64,000 bases of DNA from Squalus acanthias. Taxonomy: Eukaryota. Location: assembly GCA_030390025.1 (NCBI GenBank), contig CM059431.1:158040001-158104000 (forward strand), read 5' to 3'. A program made the position numbers and the translations under genes. This document shows positions 16,001-31,000 of the stretch, one piece after another. Below the pieces are notes generated by a model that saw only the letters and a list, made by a program, of their open reading frames with translations, was not told the DNA's origin and searched no databases. Each line of letters begins with the position of its first letter. Position 1 is the stretch's first letter.

Positions 16001-19000
16001 ACAGGAATAAAATTAATTTTAACGAAACTAAAATACTAGCCTAAAATATTGGCACGTTAATGAGCAGAAAAAGCAGCGGAGAAGCAATACGAATCTGGCA
16101 AATAATAGAAGATTGCCATAGAAGACACACAAATTACACGAGAATAAAAGAGTCACAGCACAGACGAGAACAGCTTGGACGTGAATAGAAAATCAACCAA
16201 AAATGAGATTTTAAAATAATTAGAGGGTAGTAGGGCTGATTAAGTAAAACAAATCAAGGAAACATGGAGAATATAAAATAGAAGCGAAAACGTTCAGAAT
16301 TTATGAAAGGAATGTTTGGCAGGTTTCAGAATTGGAGACAATTATCATATTTCATGAACTCCTCAAAAGTAGTTAAACAAAGGGCAGAGCTGTCTGGAGA
16401 TGAAAATTACATGGTTCATATAGAGCATGAAGAAGTGGCTGATAAGCTGTTGCTGCTGTTTCGATGAATGAAGGTGATACTTGGAATGAATGAAAGACTC
16501 ATTGATGTAAATAGAATGAAAATCGGAAGTGGCATAAAGTGGGTCACCGATTCTCTATCAGCCCCTTTCGTGCAACTGGCAAACAAAAAATTCACACACG
16601 TCTGGATCAGTTCCGATGGAGTGGAGGGTGGCCAATGTAACCCCTCTTTTTAAAAAAGGAGGGAGGGAGAAAGCAGGGAATTATAGACCGGTCAGCCTGA
16701 CATCGGTCGTGGGTAAAATGATGGAAGCAATTATTAAAGTTGTCATAACAGACCATTTGGAAAGTGGCGACATGATAGGTCCAAGTCAGCATGGATTTGT
16801 GAAAGGGAAATCATGCTTGACAAATCTTCCGGAATTTTTTGAGGATGTTTCCAATAGGGTGGACAGGGGGGAACCAGTAGATGTGGTGTATTTGGACTTT
16901 CAGAAGGCCTTCGACAAGGTCCCACACAAGAGATTGGTGAGCAAAGTTAAAGCACATGGGATTGGGGGTAATGTGTTGACGTGGATTGAGAACTGGTTGG
17001 CACACAGGAAACAAAGAGTAGGAGTAAATGGGTACTTTTCAGAATGGCAGGCAGTGACCAGCGGGGTACCGCAGGGTTCGGTGCTGGGTCCCCAGCTGTT
17101 TACATTATATATTAATGATTTGGACGAAGGGATTAAATGTAATATCTCCAAATTTGCGGATGACACTAAATTGGGAGGCAGTGTGAACAATGAGGAGGAT
17201 GCTAGGAGGCTACAGAGTGACTTGGACAGGTTGGGTGAATGGGCAAATGTATGGCAGATGAAGTACAATGTGGATAAATGTGAGGTTATCCACTTTGGTG
17301 GTAAAAATAGAGAGGCGGACTATTACCTGAATGGTGGCAGATTAGGGAAAGGGGAGGTGCAACGAGACCTGGGCGTCATGGTACATCAGCCACTGAAGGT
17401 GGGAATGCAAGTGCAGCAGGCAGTCAAGAAAGCAAACGGAATGATGGCCTTCATAGTAAGGGGATTTGAGTACAGGAGTAGGGAGGTGATGCTGCAGTTG
17501 TACAGGGCCTTGGTGAGGCCACACCTGGAGTATTGTGCGCAGTTTTGGTCTCCTAACTTAAGGAAGGACATTCTTGCTATTGAGGGAGTGCAGCGAAGGT
17601 TCACTAGATTGATTCCTGGGATGGCCGGACTGACATATCAAGAAAGATTGGGTCAACTGAACTTGTATCCTCTGGAGTTCAGAAGAATGAGGGGGGATCT
17701 TATAGAGACATTTAAAATCCTGACTGGTTTAGACAAATTAGATGCGGGCAGAATGTTCCCAATGTTAGGGAAAACTAGAACCAGGGGTCACAGTTTAAGG
17801 ATTAAGGGGAAGCCATTTAAGACTGAGCTGAGGAGGAACTTCTTCACCCAGAGAGTGGTGAATCTATGGAATTCTCTTCCACAGAAGGTTGTTGAGGCCA
17901 GTTCGCTAAATATATTCGAAAGGGAGTTAGATATAACACTCACAACTAGGGGGATCAAGGGGTATGGCGAGAAAGCAGGAATGGGGTACTGAGGTAGCAT
18001 GTTCAGCCATGAACGCATTGAATGGCAGTGCAGGCTCGAGGGCCGAATGGTCTACTCCTGTACCTATTTTCTATATGTTTTCCAATTTCTGCAATTTGAG
18101 TTTCTGTATCCACGTTGTGAGATTATGAAAAATTACTTTTACTAACAAACAATCATGCTTTATTTTGGTCGAAGCCTATTCCTGCAACTTAACTGTTCCC
18201 ATTCTATTCTGCACTTTATCCTTTTCCATCTATTGCTGAGAATTTAGAGTTTCACTGGATAACTCAACGATGCTCCTCTCTGTCTCTGCCACTTTCCGTG
18301 ATCTCTGGGTTCATGCAATTCTGGGCATTTGCTCATCCCAGATTTTCTTCCCCTCACTATTGGCAGCAGAGGCTTCAGCTGCCTCGGCCCTAAGCTCTGA
18401 AATTCATTTGCGTATATTCTCCTTTTTGAAGCTCCTTAAAACTTAACACTTTGAACAAGCTTCTGCTCAACCGATTGTGAGATTTTCTATTCATTCATCC
18501 CATAAAGAGAGGGAGAAAGAGAAAATCCTTTAATATCTGATTATTGTGTTACTTGGCTCTATATTTTTGCAACTTTTCTTTTAGAAAATCAGATCTCTCG
18601 CTGAAAGTCAGCACAGAAACGACGCTTCCAGATACATTTTCGATAACGTGCTGGAAAAGGGAGCTCGGGGAAAAAGAACAATCTGGAACATATTTCTGCA
18701 ACTTCAGAGCAACAAACCCCAGCTGAAAGCGATACTTTCAGAGATACCGAACAGAGGTCCATGGTTAGAAAATAATCTGGAAGGTATGTGGTGTCCATAT
18801 CTAACTTGCAAAAGATCGTGTTCAGGGTCAGAGTAACAAAGTTCATTATTTATGGCGAGGACCTTATTTTAAGTTATTCTGAATAGTCTGGCAGCTAACA
18901 AAGAAGGGCAACCAAAAATCACCAATGCGGTTGAAGTGGATTACAAGGAATTCCAAAAGACGACTGGAGAGTGCCACTTAATAGGCTTGACAGCAAAGTT

Positions 19001-22000
19001 GAAACCCATGGACTGAAAGAGACAGTGGCAGCATCGATGCGAAATTGGCTAAGTAACAATAAACAGATAGTATTGGGGAACGGTTGTCTTTCGGACTGGA
19101 GTAATGTGTTCCCCTGGGGTCGGTACTAGGTTGAGAGGTCGCACAACACTAGGTTATAGTCCAACAGTTTTATTTGAGATCACAAGCTTTCGGAGCTATC
19201 GATTGCTCCTTCCTCAGGTGAAGTAAATTAGATACAGAATCGCCAAAGCATATATAGATAGAGACAAAGCATGTGTACCTTACAATTGCAGACCACTAAA
19301 TTAAATCATCCTGACTATCTGCCGAGGTGTGATAAATTTAATCAAGTCAGCCAGGAAGGTACCACATCAAAGACATAGCAAGATACAACTGAGACAATGA
19401 GGTGTAGTCGCAGGGGTTCTAACGTGTCAAAAGCTGCCGTCTGTATGTAAAATGAAAAGCTGTAAAATGTTTACTTTTTTATTGGGAAAATGTTTACTTT
19501 TTTACTGGGAATCACATCTGTGAACAAGCCAACGACGACTCGAGTCCGGATCACGTCATGTATCGTCACATAAACTCAAGATCCCGGTTGAGACCGTCTT
19601 CATGAGTGCGGAACTTGGCTATCAGTTTCTGCTCGATGATTTTGCGTTGTCGTGTGTTTCTAAGGTTGCCTTGGAGAACGCTTACCCGCAGACCCGAGGC
19701 TGAATGTCTCGGATTTGCGGGTAAGCGTTCTCCAAGGCAACCTTAGAAACACACGACAACGCAAAATCATCGAGCAGAAACTGATAGCCAAGTTCCGCAC
19801 TCATGAAGACGGTCTCAACCGGGATCTTGGGTTTATGTCACGATACATGACGTGATCCGGACTCGAGTCGTCGTTGGCTTGTTCACAGATGTGATTCCCA
19901 GTAAAAAAGTAAAAATTTTCCCAGTAAAAAAGTAACATTTTTAAAGCATTTCGTTTTACATACAGACGGCAGCTTTTGACACATTAGAACCCCTGCGACT
20001 ACACCTCATTGTCTCAGTTGTATCTTGCTATGTCTTTGATGTGGTACCTTCCTGGCTTACTTGATTAACTTTATCACACCTCGGCAGATAGTCAGGATGA
20101 TTTAATTTAGTGGTCTGCAATTGTAAGGTACACATGCTTTGTTCTCTATCTATATATGCTTTGGCGATTCTGTATCTAATTTACTTCACCTGAGGAAGGA
20201 GCAATCGATAGCTCCGAAAGCTTGTGATTTCAAATAAAGCTGTTGGACTATAACCTGGTGTTGTGCGACCTCTCAATGTTGTCCACCCCAGTCCAACACC
20301 GGCATCTCCGCATCACGTCGGTACTAGGGCCACAGCTTTTCTGTCTATATAATTTGGTCATGATGCGGAGATGCCGGTGTTGGACTGGGGTGGACAAAAT
20401 TGAGAGGTCGCACAACACCAGGTTATAGTCCAACAGTTTTATTTGAAATCACAAGCTTTCGGAACTATCGCTCCTTCCTCAGGTGAAGTAAATTGGATAC
20501 AGAATCGTCAGAGCATATATAGATGGAAAAAAAAGCATGTGTACTTTACAATTGCAGACCAATAAATTAAATCATCCTGACTATCTGCCGAGGTGTGATA
20601 AAGTTAATTAAGTCAGCCAGGAAGGTACCACATCAAAAGACATAGCAAGATACAACTGAGACAATGAGGTGAAGTCGCAGGGGTTCTAACGTGTCAAAAG
20701 CTGCCGTCTGTATGTAAAACGAAAAGCTTTAAAAAAAAAAAATTTACTTTTTTACTGGGAAAATTTTTACTTTTTTACTGGGAATCACATCTGTGAACAA
20801 GCTAACGACGACTCGAGTCCGGATCACGTCATGTATCGTGACATAAACCCAAGATCCCGATTGAGACCGTCTTCATGAGTGCAGAACTTGGCTATCAGTT
20901 TCTGCTCGATGATTTTGCGTTGTCGTGTGTTTCTAAGGTTGCCTTGGAGAACGCTTACCCGCAGATCCGAGGCTGAATGTCCTTGACTGCTGAAGTGTTC
21001 CCCGACTGGGAGGTAACAATCCTGCCTGGCGATTGTTGCGCGGTGCTCGTTCATACGTTGTCTCAGTGTCTGCATGGTCTCGCCGATGTACCATGCCGCG
21101 GTGCATTCTTTCCTGCAACGTATGAGGTAGACAACGTTGGCCGAGTCACATGAGTATGTACCATGTACCTGGTGGGTAGTGTCCTCACGTGTGATGGTGG
21201 TATCTGTGTTGATGATCTGGCATGTCTTGCAGAGTTTGCCATGGCAGGGTTGTGTGGTGTCGTGGTCGCTGTTATCCTGAAAGCTGGGTAATTTGCTGCG
21301 AACGATGGTACTTCTGAGGTTAGGCGGCTGTTTGAAGGCAAGTAGTGGAGGCGTGGGGATGGCCTTAGCGAGGTGTTTGTCGTCATCGATGACATGTTGA
21401 AGGCTGCGAAGAACATGTCGTAGTTTCTCCGCTCCGGGGAAGTACTGGACGACGTAGGGTACACAGAATACACAGGATCTGCTCAGACGAGGAGGAACGC
21501 GATGGACACCTACGGACGCTGAAAAACGCCCTCGTAAGAACGGGATATGACGCTCGACTCATCGATCGACAGTTCCGACGGGCCACAGCGAAAAATCGCA
21601 TAGACCTCCTCAGAAGGCAAACACGGGACACAACCAACAGGGTACCCTACGTCGTCCAGTACTTCCCCGGAGCGGAGAAACTACGACATGTTCTTCGCAG
21701 CCTTCAACATGTCATCGATGACGACAAACACCTCGCTAAGGCCATCCCCACGCCTCCACTACTTGCCTTCAAACAGCCGCCTAACCTCAGAAGTACCATC
21801 GTTCGCAGCAAATTACCCAGCTTTCAGGATAACAGCGACCACGACACCACACAACCCTGCCATGGCAAACTCTGCAAGACATGCCAGATCATCAACACAG
21901 ATACCACCATCACACGTGAGGACACTACCCACCAGGTACATGGTACATACTCATGTGACTCGGCCAACGTTGTCTACCTCATACGTTGCAGGAAAGAATG

Positions 22001-25000
22001 CACCGCGGCATGGTACATCGGCGAGACCATGCAGACACTGAGACAACGTATGAACGAGCACCGCGCAACAATCGCCAGGCAGGATTGTTACCTCCCAGTC
22101 GGGGAACACTTCAGCAGTCAAGGACATTCAGCCTCGGATCTGCGGGTAAGCGTTCTCCAAGGCAACCTTAGAAACACACGACAACGCAAAATCATCGAGC
22201 AGAAACTGATAGCCAAGTTCTGCACTCATGAAGACGGTCTCAATCGGGATCTTGGGTTTATGTCACGATACATGACGTGATCCGGACTCGAGTCGTCGTT
22301 AGCTTGTTCACAGATGTGATTCCCAGTAAAAAAGTAAAAATTTTCCCAGTAAAAAAGTAATTTTTTTTTTTTTAAAGCTTTTCGTTTTACATACAGACGG
22401 CAGCTTTTGACACGTTAGAACCCCTGCGACTTCACCTCATTGTCTCAGTTGTACCTTGCTATGTCTTTTGATGTGGTACCTTCCTGGCTGACTTAATTAA
22501 CTTTATCACACCTCGGCAGATAGTCAGGATGATTTAATTTATTGGTCTGCAATTGTAAAGTACACATGCTTTTTTTTCCATCTATATATGCTCTGACGAT
22601 TCTGTATCCAATTTACTTCACCTGAGGAAGGAGCGATAGTTCCGAAAGCTTGTGATTTCAAATAAAACTGTTGGACTATAACCTGGTGTTGTGCGACCTC
22701 TCAATTTTATATAATTTGGTCCAGAGTATTGATTGTTTTATAGCGGGCACAGTATTTTAATCTGTTCCCATTTACATCTTGAACTAATATTCAGAGACTA
22801 AAACCTTACTGATGCTGAAGAGCTACACGGATATCCAGCTGCGGAGAATTATCGAGTGCTACCGTCAGAGACTAGAACATTCAATTGAAGAATTCGTGGA
22901 GGCTGTCAGTCAGAATCTTTTTGATGTAAAAGTGTTTACTGAAACAGATCATGAGGTATGCAACAAATATGGTGAAATCTCATAGTGTTAAATGAGTCAT
23001 GAGTCAGAGTTAGATTATCTTTATTCCGTGCAACCCAGCGATGTAAGCAGTACTCAATAGTGACATTGAGATTGAGTCCGCTGTCAATGAAAACAACATT
23101 TTAAGTGCTCCTCTGAGATATATCACTGGTAATTTAATTTGTTCCTTAATCTTCAATAAAAGCATTAAATAATGGGAAAACAGCATCTCATGCTTGAACT
23201 ATGTTTGCTTCATGGCAGCGTCCGAGATACAAATATCGTTAAGTGCTTCTTCAATGGCCATCCTTCATGTGGTCAGCATTGGGGCTAGTCACTGCTGATT
23301 GCAGTGTTCAGCTCCATTTGCAATTCCCCCAATAATGAAGTAGTCGATCCCCGTATGAAGCTAGACTTGGACAACATCCAAGTTTCTCCGGATAAGTTAC
23401 AAGTAATATTTGCGCAACTCAAGTTCCAGGGAATGACCATCACCGCAAAGAGAGAGTCACATCATCTCTCCCTGATATTTATTGGAATTACCATTGGCGA
23501 ATCGGGCAGCATCAACATCCTGGAGGACAGGACAAAAATCAGCTCTGTGAATTCACTGTGAAATGCACAGCAGTTAAGGTAATTCCAGTGTCCGCATTTC
23601 TGCAGGGGATGGATTTTCTCCAGTTTCTGAAAGTGGACATAGAGGGCGTCCTATCAATTGATCAATTACCCCAAATTACTGGATTGGTAGGGCCAAGCCC
23701 AGACGAATCGAAATTAATATTTTAGTAAGAGATCACTAGAAGCATTACCATCATGCGTGCTCAGCATAGCCCCAGTGGAAAACCTGGAGAAATTTGAAAC
23801 TTCCAATAGCGACATACTTCTAATATCACATGAGAAATTTACTGATGTTCAAAAGCTAAGCTGTCGGAATTAAACATCAAAGGAACTCTGTTTTTCCAGT
23901 GAACCATCTGATTGGCTTTAGTCATGCCGGTGGAGCGGATGTCTAGAAAATTGAAGTGAACGTATCTAAATCTTTGCATCGGTTTCTCTGCTCCTTTGCA
24001 CTTCACAGCATGGCTGCCTCTCTCTGCCTTTCTAATACCTTCCCTGCCACAATTTTTACATCGAAATAACCACTTTCTTATTTTTTACTCTCAAACAATC
24101 TGCATTATCTCATGAATCACCGAGAACTCGCAACATTCGTCCAGTGTATGGGATATGCAACCTACTGCCTTGACTCCTGGACAGCTCAGGTCATGCCCCT
24201 TGTTGGCCTCAATACTCAGTGTCGTCACTAATACTGGCCTCTCATCAGTTTTCAACCTCTGACGTCAAGACTGCCATAATGACCCATTCCATAAAAAAAA
24301 TCTCTGGACTCATCTATAATGTTCACATGCTCGGTTTTCCGAATATCTCCTACAATTACCTAACACATGTATATACAAAGCATTCCGAATATAGCTGGTT
24401 AGTTCAAGGCACAGATTGTCAGGGGATATGCTATAAATTATGATGTACAGACATTAATAGTTTATTTGGCTTAGGTAAGGACACGATTAGGAGGGAGAAG
24501 GTATTATTAAAAGATACAATTACAGCACGGGAACTCATGGCCGATATAAACAATGCTTCGCCAAATTAACCCTTACATTAGGGTTTTTAGAATAATAAAG
24601 GAGCTATTATCATGCATCGAATAGTGGGAAATGCATAGAGGAAGAGTAATAGAGAAAATATGAGAAAGTGCAGCAATAACAGTAGAATGCTTATTGGTGA
24701 CTTTAAATATCCAATGGATAGAAGTAATATAGGTGTTGAAAAACGGCATGTTATTCGCTGCCTGTCCGGTACGTTGTTTAGATTGGTATGGTTTTATGAA
24801 AAAAAGGAAGGAATGAGTATTGGATCCATTTCTAGAAACAGGGAGGGCATTGTAGGTGATGTACGGGTAGTGGAACATCCAGGTAAATATGATATCATTG
24901 GGATTCATATGAATCGTAAAAGATAACGGGACAATCAAAGCAATATTCATTTTACAGGAATAAAATTAATTTTAACGAAACTAAAATACTAGCCTAAAAT

Positions 25001-28000
25001 ATTGGCACGTTAATGAGCAGAAAAAGCAGCGGAGAAGCAATACGAATCTGGCAAATAATAGAAGATTGCCATAGAAGACACACAAATTACACGAGAATAA
25101 AAGAGTCACAGCACAGACGAGAACAGCTTGGACGTGAATAGAAAATCAACCAAAAATGAGATTTTAAAATAATTAGAGGGTAGTAGGGCTGATTAAGTAA
25201 AACAAATCAAGGAAACATGGAGAATATAAAATAGAAGCGAAAACGTTCAGAATTTATGAAAGGAATGTTTGGCAGGTTTCAGAATTGGAGACAATTATCA
25301 TATTTCATGAACTCCTCAAAAGTAGTTAAACAAAGGGCAGAGCTGTCTGGAGATGAAAATTACATGGTTCATATAGAGCATGAAGAAGTGGCTGATAAGC
25401 TGTTGCTGCTGTTTCGATGAATGAAGGTGATACTTGGAATGAATGAAAGACTCATTGATGTAAATAGAATGAAAATCGGAAGTGGCATAAAGTGGGTCAC
25501 CGATTCTCTATCAGCCCCTTTCGTGCAAATGGCAAACAAAAAATTCACACACGTTATATGTTTTCCAATTTCTGCAATTTGAGTTTCTGAATCCACGTTG
25601 TGAGATTATGAAAAAATACTTTTACTAACAAACAATCATGCTTTATTTTGGTCGAAGCCTATTCCTGCAACTTAACTGTTCCCATTCTATTCTGCACTTT
25701 ATCCTTTTCCATCTATTGCTGAGAATTTAGAGTTTCACTGGATAACTCAACGATGCTCCTCTCTGTCTCTGCCACTTTCCGTGATCTCTGGGTTCATGCA
25801 ATTCTGGGCATTTGCTCATCCCCGATTTTCTTCCCCTCACTATTGGCAGCAGAGGCTTCAGCTGCCTTGGCCCTAAGCTCTGAAATTCATTTGCGTATAT
25901 TCTCCTTTTTGAAGCTCCTTAAAACTTAACACTTTGAACAAGCTTCTGCTCAACCGATTGTGAGATTTTCTATTCATTCATCCCATAAAGAGAGGGAGAA
26001 AGAGAAAATCCTTTAATATCTGATTATTGTGTTACTTGGCTCTATATTTTTGCAACTTTTCTTTTAGAAAATCAGATCTCTCGCTGAAAGTCAGCACAGA
26101 AACGACGCTTCCAGATACATTTTCGATAACGTGCTGGAAAAGGGAGCTCGGGGAAAAAGAACAATCTGGAACATATTTCTGCAACTTCAGAACAACAAAC
26201 CCCAGCTGAAAGCGATACTTTCAGAGATACCGAACAGAGGTCCATGGTTAGAAAATAATCTGGAAGGTATGTGGTGTCCATATCTAACTTGCAAAAGATC
26301 GTGTTCAGGGTCAGAGTAACAAAGTTCATTATTTATGGCGAGGACCTTATTTTAAGTTATTCTGAATAGTCTGGCAGCTAACAAAGAAGGGCAACCAAAA
26401 ATCACCAATGCGGTTGAAGTGGATTACAAGGAATTCCAAAAGACGACTGGAGAGTGCCACTTAATAGGCTTGACAGCAAAGTTGAAACCCATGGACTGAA
26501 AGAGACAGTGGCAGCATCGATACGAAATTAGCTAAGTAACAATAAACAGATAGTATTGGGGAACGGTTGTCTTTCGGACTGGAGTAATGTGTTCCCCTGG
26601 GGTCGGTACTAGGGCCACAGCTTTTCTGTCTATATAGTTATGAATTGGACTTGGGTGTACAGGGCACAATTACAAAATTTGCAGATCACAACGTACTTGG
26701 AAGTATAGTGAACAGTGAGAAGAAAAGTGTTGGACTTCAAGAGGATATTTACAAGCTGGTGGAATGGGCGGACACTTGGCAGAAGGAATTTAGCGCAGAA
26801 AAGTGCAAAATTATACATTTTTGTAGGAAGAACAAGGAGAGGCAATATAATCTAAAGGGTACAATTCTAAACGGGCTGCATGATCAGAGCGACCTGGGGG
26901 TATATGTACACAAATCGTTGAAGGTATCAGGGCTAGTTGAGAAAGTGGTTAAATAGCTGACGGGAAACTGGGCTTCATAAATAGTCATGATGCGGAGATG
27001 CCGGTGTTGGACAGGGGTGGACAAAATTGAGAGGTCGCACAAAACCAGGTTATAGTCCAACAGTTTTATTTGAAATCACAAGCTTTCGGAGTTCCGCACT
27101 CATGAAGACGGTCTCAACCGGGATCTTGGGTTTATGTCACGATACATGACGTGATCCGGACTCGAGTCGTCGTTGGCTTGTTCACAGATGTGATTCCCAG
27201 TAAAAAAGTAAAAATTTTCCCAGTAAAAAAGTAAAAATTTTAAAGCTTTTCGTTTTACATACAGACGGCAGCTTTTGACACGTTAGAACCCCTGCGACTA
27301 CACCTCATTGTCTCAGTTGTATCTTGCTATGTCTTTGATGTGGTACCTTCCTGGCTGACTTGATTAACTTTATCACACCTCGGCAGATAGTCAGGATGAT
27401 TTAATTTAGTGGTCTGCAATTGTAAGGTACACATGCTTTGTTCTCTATCTATATATGCTTTGGCGATTCTGTATCTAATTTACTTCACCTGAGGAAGGAG
27501 CAATCGATAGCTCCGAAAGCTTGTGATTTCAAATAAAATTGTTGGACTATAACCTGGTGTTGTGCGACCTCTCAACTTCATAAATAGAACATAGAGTTCA
27601 AAAGCAAGGAAGTTATAATAAACCATTATTAAAAAACTGCCTCGACCTCAACTGGAGTAGTGTGTCCAACTCTGGGCAACGCATATTAGGAAGAATGTGA
27701 ATGCCATAGAGAGAGTGCAGAATATATTGAAAGAATGGTTCCAGGGACGAGGGACTTTGGTTATGTGGATTGACTGGAGAAACTGGTTGTGTACTCGTTG
27801 GAGCAGAGACGTTTGAGAGGCGATTTAATTGTGGAACTGCACTAGCTACAGTCATGTCTAAGCTAAAGTATTTGTCTTAATGTGATTATTTTCTACTAAT
27901 AGTGAAAACTATTTTTCCAAAGTTTTGTTTCCTGTACTTGGTGTTTTGATATATGTAAAGTTTAGTGTGACTGCCTGTTGGCTTCACAATATTTCCATTT

Positions 28001-31000
28001 CTGAGTTCCTGTTTCACAATTCCGTATTCCTTAAAATAAAGAAGGAAAAATAGAAGCACGAATGAAGTTGCCTTTAGTGTTTCATACTATAAATCTCTGT
28101 ATGTTATTAATTAGCTCTTTAGGCAAACATGTGAAAGTCACGATTATGTCTAATTGTTCAACAGCATCTGCTGATTCCAAGGGTTTAAATCTAACCTGGA
28201 GTCTCAGATCACCATCAGGAAAAAATATAGGTTATTTTCTGGACATCCATTCCAATATGGATATTTTCTGATACTTTATCCATGATTTTGTGAGCTTTAT
28301 ACTCGATTCCTCAAACGACCTGTGGGCCTTGCGCATCATGAACTCCAGCTATTCCACAAGTCAATTAGTTATATTCAAATTCAACCTCAGTTCCGTAAAC
28401 CACTTGATCACTGACTTACATTCACCTCTTATCCCAAATTGATCATGTGTGAAATGAACTTAGCCATCTTCAAATAAATCTACGGCCCCACCCTCCTTAT
28501 CTCTACAGTCTTCTTAACATCCCCTCTGTTACACACCTCTCCCTTGCTGTGGTCTCTAGTGTATCGGGTCTTCTGCTGCGCACTCCAGGCAAAGATGTCA
28601 ATCCCACTGATTCCGTTCCAAAGAGCGCACCTCCTTCTACTTCTTACTTACTTTAACCAGCCTCCGAATTTTGAAAGAACAGATCTTTCCTCCAAACTTT
28701 GCCAAAAAGAGACAGCATTCATTCTTAATTCCTCCTCTGTGAGGCGCCACTGGCGGTATCACTGCTTGAAAGGTTTTAATAAACGCTGTTGCTATATCAG
28801 TTGGTCCAGAGTATTCATTGTTTTATAGCGGACAAAATATTTTAGTCTGTTCTCATTTACATCTTGACATTAAATTCAGATACTAAAACCTTCCTTATGC
28901 TGAGGAGCTACACGGATATCCAGCTGCGGAGAATTATCGAGTGCTACCGTCAGAGACTTGAAGAGTCAATTGAAGAATTCGTGAAGGCTGTTAGTCTGAC
29001 TCTTTTTGATGTAAAATTATTTACTGAAGCAGATCATGAGGTATGCAACATATATAGTGGAATCGCATACTTTTAAATGAGTCAAAGTCAGTGTAACTGT
29101 ATTCCGTGCAACCCTTCGATATAATCAGTACTCAATAGTGATTCTGAAATTGAGTTCGATGCCAATGGAAACAACATCTTAAGTGCTCCTCTGAGATATA
29201 TCTCTGGTAACATAATTAGTTCTTTCATATTCAATTAATGCATTAAATAATGAGAGAACAGCATCTCATGGTTTTACTATGTTTGCTTCATGGCAGCGTC
29301 CTAGGCCCAACTATCGTTAATTGCTTCTTCCATGGCCAGCCATCAAGAGGTCTGAATTGGGGCTAGTTTCCGATCATTGCACAGTGTTCAGCTCCAGTCG
29401 TAAATCCTCCAATAATGAGGTAGTACATCCACGTATGAAGCCAAACCTGGACAACTTCCAGGTTTGGCCGGATAATTGGCAAGTAACATTCGCGCAACTC
29501 AGGTGCCAGGCAATGACAATCTCCACCAAGACAGAGTCACATCATCTCTCCCTGATATTTAATGGAATTACCATCGGCGATTCGGGCAGCATCAACAACC
29601 TGGAGGACCGGACTATAACGAGCTCTATGAATTCACTGTGAAAAGTGCGGCTGTTAAGTTAATTCCAGTGGCCGCATTTCTGCTGGGGATGGATTTACTC
29701 CAGTTTCTGAAAGCGGACATAAAGGAAGTCCTTTCAAGTGTTCAATGACTCCAAATTACAGGATTGCACGGGCCAAGTCCAGACGAATCGAAATTAATAA
29801 TTTAATAATCCACGACTAGCAGCACTACCATCATGCGTCATCAGCATAGCCGCAGTGGAAAACCTGGAGAAAGTTAAAACATGTAATAGCGAAATACTCA
29901 TAATGTCACATGAATAAATTAAGTGACGTATACCAGATAAACTGTCGGAATAAAAGGCCTTGAGTTTCCGTCCATTCTCTACCAAATCAGCCCTGTTTTT
30001 CCAGTGAACCATATGATTGGTTTGTGCCATAGCCGGTGGTGCGGTTTTTTAGACATTTGTAGTGAACGTATCTAAATCGTTGCTTCGATTTCTCTGCTCC
30101 TTTGCACTTCACAACATGGCTGCCTCTCTCTGCCTTTATAATATCTTCGCCGCCACAAGTGTTACATCGTCATAAACACTTTTTTAATTTCTAACAGCTC
30201 ACAATCTACATTATCTCACGTATCACCGAGGAGTCGCAACATTCATCCAGTGTATGGGATATGCAAACTACTGCCTTTATTCCTGGCCAGCTCAGGTCAT
30301 GCCCCTTCTTCGGCTCACTGCTCAGAGTTGTCACTAATACTGGCCTCTCCTCAGTCGTCATCCTTTGACGTCAAGACTGCCATAATGATCAATTCCATAA
30401 AAACAATCTCGGACTCACCTATTATGTCCACATGCACGCTTTTCCGAATATCTCCTACCATTACCTAACACATGCATATGCAAAGTGTTCCGAATATAGC
30501 TGGTTATTTCAATGCACTGATTGTCTGGGGATATGCTATACATTATGATGTACAGATATTAATAGCTATCTGGCTTAGGTAAGGACAGGATTAGATGCTA
30601 AAGTGTCATGTTACTAAACATTAATGGGGAATCAAGTTTTAAAGAAAATAGGGAGAAGCTATTTTAAAAGATTCAATTGCAGCCCGGGAACTCAGGGCTG
30701 ATATAAGGAATGCATCGCAAAATTAATCTATATGTTTGGGGTTACGGAATAATAAAGGAGCTATTATCATGCACTGAATAGTCGGAAATGGATAGAAAAG
30801 CAGTAATCGAGAAAAATAGACAAAGTGCAGCAAAATCAGCAACAGAGTGACTGGTGATTTGAAATAGCCAATGGATAGATGCAACCTAACTGTAAGAGAA
30901 AGGGCATGGTATTTGCCCTGTCCGGTACGTTCTTTAGATTGATATGGTTTTAGGAAAAGAAGGAAGGAATGAGTATTGGATCAATTTCTAGAAACGGAGA

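Noticed and set aside
16616..17992. Intact RT as a domesticated gene or retron/DGR-like diversifier of the CARD repeats
   Set aside because: It is a typical 5'-truncated CR1 with its 3' UTR and is missing from the twin unit; the open frame reflects youth.
20243..20433. Near-identical ORFs on both strands (also 20824-21473 versus 21688-22280)
   Set aside because: A by-product of inverted Penelope arms; not genes.
13761..26636. Units 3 and 4 as an assembly artefact
   Set aside because: The copies differ by scattered substitutions and distinct insertions, and the junction has microhomology plus a clean TSD. A haplotype mis-join is unlikely but needs reads to exclude fully.
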